Positions 39,545 through 50,811 of a DNA stretch of 64,000 bases are shown in pieces (position 1 is the first letter of the stretch; each line of letters opens with the position of its first letter). The notes under the pieces are model-generated. The model ran no database searches, was not told where the DNA came from, and was given only the letters and a program-made list of their open reading frames with translations. The stretch spans positions 7,626,001 through 7,690,000 of the forward strand of contig OX597843.1 in NCBI GenBank assembly GCA_951406725.2. The letters are read 5' to 3'. The position numbers and the translations under genes are program-made. The stretch is from Octopus vulgaris (Eukaryota).

Positions 39545-39801
39545 TAGCTGGTTGAAGCGGCTGACCTACCCTGTTCGAAGGTTTGATAACGGACGCAGTT
39601 TGTGTGTCAAGTAGCTAGCTTGAGGCGATGGCCTCTTGGAGCTAATCAGTGACAGCTTTGTTCTTATATTTAAGAATGTCATATTAGTATGGCGATAACT
39701 ATTAATTTCCAGTAACGCTGCCATAATCTCTTTTAAAGAGACTTAGTAATTTTTATATTTCTAATATTTTTAAAGTGAAATAACAAATATACATAACTTA
39801 C

Positions 39802-39985
39802 GTAATACTTCCACTTCACATAGAGTAAGCTGTTTCTCCTTTCCTTCTAACGATATTCTGACAATACTTGTATTTACTGGTTTTTCACATTTAATATGAA
39901 TTACTTGTTCCGTGTGTTCATGATACCTACTTTCAAAACAAAGTTTTTGGTCCAAGAAAAACTTTAAAATTTTTCAACCTGTAAC
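39802..39985 (-). pseudogene. Duplicated lectin C-terminal exon, copy A; one extra base in a homopolymer (real frameshift or consensus error)
   Basis: Same splice sites as copy B but 184 bp. Removing one T from the run at 39944-39948 restores VFLGPKLCFESRY...NTSIVRISLEGKEKQLTLCEVEVL. Confidence 0.75.
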
Positions 39986-40278
39986 CTAGAATCGAAATAT
40001 AAGAGTAAAACTGAAATCAATGTATCGGTATACTTATTTTTTAATTTTTGTATATGTTTATTATTATTTTTTTGAAAAAAAAAAAAACATTGTAAATTCC
40101 TTTTTTCCCCTTCCTCAATTTAAAAAAAAATTCTTTTCATCTTTCAATTCTTTAAAATTTGCTTTGCGATGAAAACCGGTTAGAGTTAATATTTTTAAAA
40201 TTAATTTTTAAAAATTTTCCATACACCCATTTTTATTAAAATTTACCTTCAATTCTGCATTTTTATAATTTTTTTCGC

Positions 40279-40372
<94 letters not shown>

Positions 40373-40470
40373 AAACTGAAACACTAAAGATGAAAGATAC
40401 GAGCATTTTCAGTAATCACTACAATTACTTCGACACATCTAGCACCAACGTTGTGTTCTTTTATGAAAAA

Positions 40471-41253
40471 GTCTGACTACGCTGCATTGAGAAGGGGCAA
40501 CAACCCTGAAACCTGATATTCTCTTCTCCACACTCAATAGCGTCAACAACTTATTGATCGATACTATTCTTAGAAATCAATATTTTTAAAATTAATAGTT
40601 ATCGCCATACTAATATGACATTCTTAAATATAAGAACAAAGCTGTCGCTGATTAGTTCCATGAAGCCATCGCCTCAAGCTAGCTACTTGACACACAAACT
40701 GCGTCCGTTATTAAACCTTCGAACAGGGGAGGTCTGACTACGCTGCATTGAGAAGGGGCAACAACCCTGAAACCTGATATTCTCTTCTCCACACTCAATA
40801 GCGTCAACAACTTATTGATCGATACTATTCTTAGAAATCAATATTTTTAAAATTAATAGTTATCGCCATACTAATATGACATTCTTAAATATAAGAACAA
40901 AGCTGTCGCTGATTAGTTCCATGAAGCCATCGCCTCAAGCTAGCTACTTGACACACAAACTGCGTCCGTTATTAAACCTTCGAACAGGGGAGGTCTGACT
41001 ACGCTGCATTGAGAAGGGGCAACAACCCTGAAACCTGATATTCTCTTCTCCACACTCAATAGCGTCAACAACTTATTGATCGATACTATTCTTAGAAATC
41101 AATATTTTTAAAATTAATAGTTATCGCCATACTAATATGACATTCTTAAATATAAGAACAAAGCTGTCGCTGATTAGTTCCATGAAGCCATCGCCTCAAG
41201 CTAGCTACTTGACACACAAACTGCGTCCGTTATTAAACCTTCGAACAGGGGAG
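40471..41253. repeat. 261-bp tandem repeat x3 (fold-back left arm + truncated hammerhead)
   Basis: GTCTGACTACG recurs at 40471, 40732, 40993 and 41254. Confidence 0.9.
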
Positions 41254-41571
41254 GTCTGACTACGCTGCATTGAGAAGGGGCAACAACCCTGAAACCTGTC
41301 TGTAGCTGTCGGACTAGCTGGTTGAAGCAGCTGACCTACCCTGTTCGAAGGTTTGATAACGGACGCAGTTTGTGTGTCAAGTAGCTAGCTTGAGGCGATG
41401 GCTTCATGGAGCTAATCAGCAACAGCTTTATTCTTATTTTTAAGAATGCCATATTAGTATGGCGATAACTATTAATTTCCAGTAACGCTGCCGTAATCTC
41501 TTTTAAAGAGACTTAGTAATTTTTATATTTCTAATATTTTTAAAGTGAAATAACAAATATACATAACTTAC

Positions 41572-41754
41572 GTAATACTTCCACTTCACATAGAGTAAGC
41601 TGTTTCTTCTCTCCTTCTAACAATATTTTGACAGTTTTTGTATTTACTGGTTTTTCACATTTAATATGAATTACTTGTTCCGTGTGTTCATGATACCTAC
41701 TTTCAAAACAAAGTGTTGTTCCAAGTAAAACTTTAAAATTTTTCAACCTGTAAC
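41572..41754 (-). CDS. RPTP exon: F-type lectin domain, C-terminal half, copy B (YRLKNFKVLLGTTLCFESRYHEHTEQVIHIKCEKPVNTKTVKILLEGEKKQLTLCEVEVL)
   Basis: Acceptor ttctag, donor GTAAGT, 183 bp in frame, terminal LTLCEVEV motif. Confidence 0.9.
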
Positions 41755-42044
41755 CTAGAATCGAAATATAAGAGTAAAACTGAAATCAATGTATCGGTAT
41801 ACTTATTTTTTAATTTTTGTATATGTTTATTATTATTTTTTTGAAAAAAAAAAAAACATTGTAAATTCCTTTTTTCCCCTTCCTCAATTTAAAAAAAAAT
41901 TCTTTTCCCCTTTCAATTCTTTAAAATTTGCTTTGCGATGAAAACCGGTTAGAGTTAATATTTTTAAAATTAATTTTTAAAAATTTTCCATACACCCATT
42001 TTTATTAAAATTTACCTTCAATTCTGCATTTTTATAATTTTTTT

Positions 42045-42147
<103 letters not shown>

Positions 42148-43486
42148 AAACTGAAACACTAAAGATGAAAGATACGAGCATTTTCAGTAATCACTACAAT
42201 TACTTCGACACATCTAGCACCAACGTTGTGTTCTTTTATGAAAAAGTGTATATCTTTGTATATCAATACATTAAAGTCAACTGTCTCTACTGTAACTTGT
42301 CTCAAAAACAATGTAATCTTAATAAACAGATTAAAATCTCCTCATTTGATAATGATTCAGTCATAAAAATCGACGCAACATTCAGCAAAATCCATACAAT
42401 CTAGTAATGCACGAGACATTAGGGATATTACAGATATCAAAGAATGCTTGTTAGATGGACCTGATCTCCTTAGTTCATAGCCACAATATTATCAAAGCAA
42501 TACGAGTTTCTACCATTCTGAAGTTAACATAGAGAGCAAACTAAAATTATTTCCATTGTCATCGAATCAGTGGTGGATAGAAAACTGTTCGAATTCCACC
42601 AACAATTGCAGTGTTCTTTTAATTCTCTGTATATCCATTTATATACATTATTTCAACACAAATGAACATATGTAATACGAATGTGGAGGCACATGGCCTA
42701 GTGGTTAGAGCAGCGGACTTGCAGTTGAGGGATCGCCGGTTCGAATCTCAGACCGGGTGATGTGTGTATTTATGAGCGAAAACACCTAAGCTCCACGCGG
42801 CTCCGGCAGAAGGTAATGGCGAAACTTCTGCTGACTCTTTCGCCACAACTTTCTCTCACTTTTTCCTCCTGCATCTTGCAGCTCACCTACGACAGACCGG
42901 CGTCTCGTCCAGGTGGGGAACATATACGCCAAGAAACCAGGAAACCAGCCTTTATGAACCTGGCATGGCTCAAGAAGGAACATTGTGGAGGCACATGGCC
43001 TAGTGGTTAGAGCAGCGGACTTGCGGTAGAGAGATCGTGGGTTCGAATCTCAGACCGGGCGATGTGTGTATTTATGAACGAAACACCTAAGCTCCACGCG
43101 GCTCCGGCAGAAGGTAATGGTGAACTTCTGATGACTCTTTCGCCACAACTTTCCCTCACTCTTTCCTCCTGCATTTTGCAGCTCACCTGTGACGGACCGG
43201 CGTCTCGTCCAGGTGGGGAACCTATACGCCAATGAAACCGGGAAACCGGCCCTTATGAGCCAGGCATGGCTTGAGAAGGAACAAACAACAAAAAACAATG
43301 TAATACGAATCGACTGACCCTCTAACTGACCACTGGAAATTTTAAAAACAGCAGCGTCAACATCACAGTCTTAAAATTGATTGGATGGTCACGGCTGAAA
43401 ATCCTTTGATCAGAGGTCTAGTTAACCAAGACTTATTCAAACTGGGTAACAGCAATACGAAAGTAGTATTTTTTAGCAATACTTAC

Positions 43487-43738
43487 GGTCTGCCATTTGA
43501 TTGTATATTCTCAGTTGAGATATCATGTATGGTTTATCAAATGTCACTTCCCAGTATGGATTTTTTCGTTGTTTAGTTTGTGCACATGATTTGTGTATTA
43601 ATGCAGGGTCAAAATTACCGTCAACCGCCTTGTCAGATCTCGTATTTGAGTCCTTCAACTCACATTTTCCATTGTGGAAAAAGAATTGCCTGGACGCAAT
43701 TGCTGATTGATTTGTGTTTTTACCTTGAGCAATATTAA
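43487..43738 (-). CDS. RPTP exon: F-type lectin domain, N-terminal half (VNIAQGKNTNQSA...KAVDGNFDPALIHKSCAQTKQRKNPYWEVTFDKPYMISQLRIYNQMAD)
   Basis: Acceptor tttcag, donor GTAAGT, 252 bp, phase 1-1. Has the NxAxGK..QS, AVDGN, SC.xT and PxWxV motifs of fucolectin domains. Confidence 0.9.
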
Positions 43739-43764
43739 CTGAAAAAGATTGACGCCTGGATTAA

Positions 43765-45535
43765 TACTGAAACAAGTAAAAGAGTAAACTTAGCGGTTCG
43801 GCAAAAGAGACCGATAGAATAAGTACTGGGCTTACAAAAAAGAATAAGTCCCGGGGTCGATTTGCTCGACTAAAGGCGGTGCTCCAGCATGGCCGCAGTC
43901 AAATGACTGAAACAAGTAAAAGAGTAAAAAGAGTAAACTTAGCGGTTCGGCAAAAGAGACTGATCGATAGAATAAGTACTGGGCTTACAAAAAAGAATAA
44001 GTCCCGGGGTCGATTTGCTCGACTAAAGGCGGTGCTCCAGCATGGCCGCAGTCAAATGACTGAAACAAGGAAAAGAGTAAACTTAGCGGTTCAGCAAAAG
44101 AGACCGATAGAATAAGTACTGGGCTTACAAAAAAGAATAAGTCCCGGGGTCGATTTGCTCGACTAAAGGCGGTGCTGCAGCATGGCCGCAGTCAAATGAC
44201 TGAAACAAGTAAAAGAGTAAACTTAGCAGTTCGGCAAAAGAGACCGATAGAATAAGTACTGGGCTTACAAAAAAGAATAAGTCCCGGGGTCGATTTGCTC
44301 GACTAAAGGCGGTGCTCCAGCATGGCCGCAGTCAAATGACTGAAACAAGTAAAGAGTAAAAGAGTAAACTTAGCGGTTCGGCAAAAGAGACCGATAGAAT
44401 AAGTACTGGGCTTACAAAAAAGAATAAGTCCCGGGGTCGAGTTGCTCGACTAAAGGCGGTGCTCCAGCATGGCCGCAGTCAAATGACTGAAACAAGAGTA
44501 AAAAGAGTAAACTTAGCGGTTCAACAAAAGAGACCGATAGAATAAGTACTGGGCTTACAAAAAAGAATAAGTCCCGACCGGGGTCGATTTGCTCGACTAA
44601 AGGCGGTGCTCCAGCATGGCCACAGTCAAATGACTGAAACAAGTAAAAGAGTAAACTTAGCGGTTCGGCAAAAAGAGACCGATAGAATAAGTACTGGGCT
44701 TACAAAAAAGAATAAGTCCCGGGGTCGATTTGCTCGACTAAAAAAGGCGGTGCTCCAGCATGGCCACAGTCAAATGACTGAAACAAGTAAAAAGTAAAAA
44801 GAGTAAACTTAGCGGTTCGGCAAAAGAGACTGATCGATCGAATAAGTACTGGGCTTACAAAAAAGAATAAGTCCCGGGGTCGATTTGCTCGACTAAAAGG
44901 CGGTGCTCCAGCATGGCCACAGTCAAATGACTGAAACAAGTAAAAGAGTAAACTTAGCGGTTCAGCAAAAGAGACCGATCGAATAAGTACAGGGCTTACA
45001 AAAAAGAATAAGTCCCGGGGTCGATTTGCTCGACTAAAAGGCGGTGCTCCAGCATGGCCACAGTCAAATGACTGAAACAAGTAAAAGAGTAAACTTAGCG
45101 GTTCAGCAAAAGAGACTGATCGAATCGAATAAGTACTGGGCTTACAAAAAAGAATAAGTCCCGGGGTCGATTTGCTCGACTAAAAAAAAAGGCGGTGCTC
45201 CAGCATGGCCACAGTCAAATGACTGAAACAAGTAAAAGAGTAAACTTAGCGGTTCAGCAAAAGAGACTGATCGAATCGAATAAGTACTGGGCTTACAAAA
45301 AAGAATAAGTCCCGGGGTCGATTTGCTCGACTAAAAAAAAGGCGGTGCTCCAGCATGGCCACAGTCAAATGACTGAAACAAGTAAAAGAGTAAACTTAGC
45401 GGTTCAGCAAAATAGACCGATAGAATAAGTACTGGGCTTACAAAGAATAAGTTCCGGGATTGATGTAATCGACTAAAGGCTGTGCTCCAGCATGGCCGCA
45501 GTCAAATGACTGAAACAAGTAAAAGAGTAAAAGAG
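43765..45535 (+). repeat. Tandem array (~13 copies, ~140 bp) of the SINE A 3' half
   Basis: Repeated ACTTAGCGGTTC...ATGACTGAAACAAGTAAAAGAGTAA. Confidence 0.9.
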
Positions 45536-45551
45536 TGAAATATGTACTCAC

Positions 45552-45695
45552 CGTATGTTTTGTTGTCACACTTCTCCCCATACCATCCATCTTCGCAGCC
45601 AGTTTTACAGATTCCAGAAATTTGGTGACATGATTCTCCTCGAGAACAATGGCATTCACTGATACAGTCTTCTCCATACAATACTGGTGGACATC
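45552..45695 (-). CDS. RPTP exon: EGF-like repeat (CPPVLYGEDCISECHCSRGESCHQISGICKTGCEDGWYGEKCDNKTY)
   Basis: Acceptor tgcag, donor GTGAGT, 144 bp, phase 1-1, MEGF10/SREC-type cysteine spacing. Confidence 0.92.
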
Positions 45696-46348
45696 CTGCA
45701 TTGATAATATCGAAACAATTTCTTTTTAAATGTGCATGGAAATAAAACATTTACTGAATACTAGCAGTATAGGCGCAGGAGTGGCTGTGTGGTAAGTAGC
45801 TTGCTAACCAGCCACATGGTTCCGGGTTCAGTCCCACTGCGTGGCACCTTGGGCAAGTGTCTTCTGCTATAGCCCCGGGCCGACCAATGCCTTGTGAATG
45901 GATTTGGTAGACGGAAACTGAAAGAAGCCTGTCGTATATATGTATATATATATCAGGAGTGGCTGTGTGGTAAGTAGCTTGCTAACCAGCCACATGGTTC
46001 CGGGTTCAGTCCTCCACTGCGTGGCACCTTGGGCAAGTGTCTTCTGCTATAGCCCCGGGCCGACCAATGCCTTGTGAATGGATTTGGTAGACGGAAACTG
46101 AAAGAAGCCTGTCGTATATATGTATATATATATCAGGAGTGGCTGTGTGGTAAGTAGCTTGCTAACCAGCCACATGGTTCCGGGTTCAGCCCCCACTGCG
46201 TGGCACCTTGGGCAAGTGTCTTCTGCTATAGCCCCGGGCCGACCAATGCCTTGTGAATGGATTTGGTAGACGGAAACTGAAAGAAGCCTGTCGTATATAT
46301 GTATATATATATCAGGAGTGGCTGTGTGGTAAGTAGCTTGCTAACCAG

Positions 46349-48581
46349 ACATGCGCAGTTAGTCGGTTGCTTCTTGTTGAGCTAGAGTGGACGTGAGTAA
46401 CAAGCTCTGTCCAACTAAAGAAAAAGACCAAAAACGGAAAGTTATCGAGGTATGTGATTTTGTTTATTGTGAGTTGGGCATAATTTATTGCGTGCCAATT
46501 ATTATTTCAGTAGGTTGTGTCCAACTCTGAGACAATTTCGCCTGCGCTAGGCGGCTGCCGTTTTTGTGTTCATTGAAAAAAAAAGAAAAAACAGTGGAGG
46601 GGCGTATACTCAGAATTCAATACAGTTACTGTTAAAATTACCATTGACGGTAGCCAGTGCTGCGTTTGAGTTTGCTGAATTTATTCCCTTGTCAGAGTAC
46701 TTCGCAAGAAAAGTATAAAAATAAGCCACTATTGGATTACCTTTCGGACCCATTTTTGTGGAGGTTGTGTTGCAGTTGCGGCGTTCCAGGTTCAACCCAG
46801 GCCGGGAGTACCGCAAGGCCAGAATATTTTTTCTGTGTTTTTTCTGTTTATTAACTTTCTTTTGAACTTCATTTACATCCCCCCCCCTTTTGTTTTTTCT
46901 TTATTGCGACTTACCGTTAATTTCTTCCCTTCTGTTGTGCTTTCTCCTTTTTGTTTTTTCAAAAATCTATCAAATTTATTTAGACTTTTGAACTTTTTTC
47001 TTCCTGCTATTGAGTTTAATTTGAATATATTTTTAAAAAACATGGCAATGAAAAATAACAAAATTTTGGAGTGGGAAATCATACTACCCAAAAAGTGGTT
47101 AAAAGACCGTGAAGATAGGACGGTGGTGTTGAGAACCTACTCCAAGGCACTTGACACCATCGCCCTATTCGAAAAGACGGCAATTGAGGAGGAGTTGGAG
47201 GAGTATTTGCCAACAATTAAATTCATTTCAGGGGTGTCAAATATGCAACGGTGTGGTTGCTATTTGACACCCCTGAAGAGGCTTGCAAATTTGCTAGCGA
47301 ACCCTTGGAGGGCAAGGAAATCTTATTCCTGTCCACGTACAAAAAAAAGAAATTGATGAAAGCTTGGATCTGCGAACTGCCACCCGACATAGAACCTGAG
47401 TGGATAGAGGAGACTATCCGCCGGGGTCTGGGTGACAGCGAAACTAAGCTCCTCAATGTAAAGTTCTTCCTGCGGCTGCTTGGGTTGGCTCGAAAGCAAT
47501 TTTGACCTTGTGGACCCAATCAGCCAATCTGGTTTTTCCAGATTTTTTGAAAATGGCCGGGTGCAGGTACCCGGTGATGCTTGAGGGTCGCGCCCCTAAG
47601 TGTCATCGGTGCTTGGAGTCCGGCCACATAAAGAAGAACTGTCCTCGGGAACAAAATAGGATCCCGGAACAGTTAAGTAAAACCCCTCTAGAAGAGGGAA
47701 CGATAACGGCCGAGAAAGCAGAGGATTCCTCAAACAGAGGCCGAAAGAGGAAGGTGAGCAACAATGGGTGCTCACCAAAGGATAATAGGGATGAGGAGAG
47801 GAAGGCGAATCTTCCAGCCACAGAGGAGACGCACCCTCCCTCAGTTGAAAAGGGAAAAAAAAAAAGAAAAAGAGGAAGAAAACGGGACATTACCGGCTGT
47901 CAGTGTAGCACCGGAATGTCGCGGAACTACGTCGGTTGGGGTTGTGCCACCGACAAGAGAAGGAATACCGTTGGCGGAAACTGTGCCGCCAACAAAAGAA
48001 CTGAATGTATTGGTCCTCTTCTATAGAGGAGGAGAAATTGAAAAAGTGATGGAAGAGCACTACAAGGGAGCACCTTTAGCCTTCACACAGGACCCCGAAT
48101 GGCCTCCGCAGGTAGCTGTGGAGGCCGTGGCGTTCGACGTGACGCTAGGGCTAAAGGAGCTCAATGAAGATTATAACTTGGTCCCGGGCAACGCGAACTC
48201 GGAACTTGACTACGTTCTGAGGGAGGCGTGGTTGATGGTGGAGGGCGCGGGCACAAGCTATTTCGAGGACGATATGTATTATTAGTAATGGACTTAAGTC
48301 CAAAAATTGGAAAATTGTAAGAGGATTAATACCTCGTTTTGTATTAATAATGGACTGCTAAGCCCAAAATTGGAAAAATTGTAAGAGGTTAAATACCTCG
48401 TTTTGTGTTTATCTTTTTAAAAAGAACAATGTTTTAGAGAAGCAAAAGTCGGCGGGCGCTTTCTGCCTTCTCCCATCCTTATCATCTTTCTTTCATTATC
48501 ATTCACCTCATTAATGTCCTCGTCCAGCCCGCAAAGCTAACTTGATCTGTGTACTGCCTTTATGGCAAATGTTTTGAAATA
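46349..48581 (+). mobile_element. Tx1/L1-like element carrying only a frameshifted ORF1 (~47042-48285; CCHC knuckle CHRCLESGHIKKNC), with an 18-bp TSD
   Basis: AAGTAGCTTGCTAACCAG at 46331-46348 and 48582-48599. Gag-like ORF1 pieces in several frames; no endonuclease or RT motifs seen. Confidence 0.8.
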
Positions 48582-50811
48582 AAGTAGCTTGCTAACCAGC
48601 CACATGGTTCCGGGTTCAGTCCACTGCGTGGCACCTTGGGCAAGTGTCTTCTGCTATAGCCCCGGGCCGACCAATGCCTTGTGAGTGGATTTGGTAGACG
48701 GAAACTGAAAGAAGCCTGTCGGATATATGTATATATATATATATGTATGTGTGTATGTGTGTTTGTGTGTCTGTGTTTGTCCCCCTAGCATTGCTTGACA
48801 GCCGATGCTGGTGTGTTTACGTCCCCGTCACTTAGCGGTTCGGCAAAAAGAGACCGATAGAATAAGTACTGGGCTTACAAAAGAATAAGTCCCGGGGTCG
48901 ATTTGTTCGATTAAAGGCGGTGCTCCAGCATGGCCGCAGTCAACTGACTGAAACAAGTAAAAGAGTAAAAGAGTAAAGAGTATCGCCCGGCGTTGCTCGG
49001 GTTTGTAAGGGAAATAACTATAGAACATTTTTAGAGAGTTATAGCCAAAAAATAGCAAAAAAATGGAAAAAAAAGATGGTAAATTTTTTTTGAGAGTTAA
49101 AAAGGTCGAGTTGCGTCCCCTAGACAGTCTGTGGTTTGTGTTTCTGATTCTCGACCCCATGTCGAATTTATCGATTTTTTTCAGAACTGGGGGAACTTTT
49201 CCAAATTTTCGCTGCGTTAGTTTTGAATTATGACATTGGGCTATGTGTGTGTGTCAAGTTTCATCAGAATCGGTTGAAAGCCGTGGTCAGGGTGAGGGTA
49301 CAACCTAACAGACACACACACAGACACGCAGACAGACAAACTGCCGTTTATATATAGAGAGATAAAATTGAATCTTCCAAAATCTCACAAATCAGGTAAT
49401 TTATCAAGTAGTAAGGATATTTACTATATTTAACTTTGACTATCTTAAAATTGTAGAAATTTATCTACATATAAGAAATAAAAAAATATGCAATTCATGT
49501 ACATGTATAAACTACTTATGGAGGCACAATGGCCCAGTGGTTAGGGCAGCGGACTCGTGGTCGTAGGATCGCGGTTTCGATTCCCAGACCGGGCGTTGTG
49601 AGTGTTTATTGAGCGAAAACACATAAAGCTCCACGAGGCTCCGGCAGGGGGTGGTGGTGATCCCTGCTGTACTCTTTCACCACAACTTTCTGTCTCACTC
49701 TTACTTCCTGTTTCTGTTGTACCTGTATTTCAAAGGGCCGGCCTTGTCACTCTCTGTGTCACGCTGAATATCCCCGAGAACTACGTTAAGGGTACACGTG
49801 TCTGTGGAGTGCTCAGCCACTTACACGTTAATTTCAGGAGCAGGCTGTTTCGTTGATCGGATCAACCCGAACCTCGTCGTCGTAACCGACGGAGTGCTTC
49901 CATAAAATACTTAAGGAAAGTTGATGAAAATAACTTTCCTTCCCGTTTGATAGGTAAAGGAAAATTGAAATGATTATATAAAAATAAATCAACAGTTTCT
50001 ACACTTTCGGTAATATGGGAACACTGGGTAGTTGCATTGGGGCTTCTTGATCTGGGGCCTCTGTGGTAAGTAGCTTGTTTACCAACCACATGGTTCCGGG
50101 TTCAGCCCACTGCGTGGCACCTTGGGCAAGTGTCTTACTATAGCCTCGGGCCGACCAAAGCCTTGTGAGTGGATTTGGTAGACGGAAACTGAAAGAAGCC
50201 CGTCGTATATATGTATATATATATATGTGTGCGTGCGTGTATGTTTGTGTGTCTGTGTTTGTCTCCCTAGCATTGCTTGACAACCGATGCTGGTGTGTTT
50301 ACGTCCCCGTCACTTAACGGTTCGGCAAAAGAGACCGATAGAATAAGTACTGGGTTTACAAAGAATAAGCCTCGGGATCGAGTTGCTCGATGAAAGGCGG
50401 TGCTCCAGCATGGCCGCAGTCAAAATGACTGAAACAAGTAAATATATATATTTGAAGAGAAGAGGATAGTTTCTGCAATCTTTGAATGAGAATCTGACTC
50501 CAATCATACCTGCAACCAGGTAATCTGGATGAAATTCAGTTAAAGATTTCCAAATTCATTTGAGTCTCAATCAATACCATTTGACATTTTAGAATACTGT
50601 AAAATTTGATACAAATTACAGAGAGAATACCAAACGAGTTCCCTATGGATACTGTATTTATTACAAGCCACGAATTGTAATAAATACGATATCCATAGGG
50701 AATGAGTTTGGTATTTTATTTATTACACACGAATAAACGACCGTATTTTATTAACCCAATAACTAAATTCTTCACATTTAGTCGTAACTTATGAATGACA
50801 AAAGTAGTGCC

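Noticed and set aside
39802-41754. Exon copy differences as genomically fixed A-to-I edits
   Set aside because: Changes run in both directions and include C/T transitions and transversions, so editing cannot explain them.
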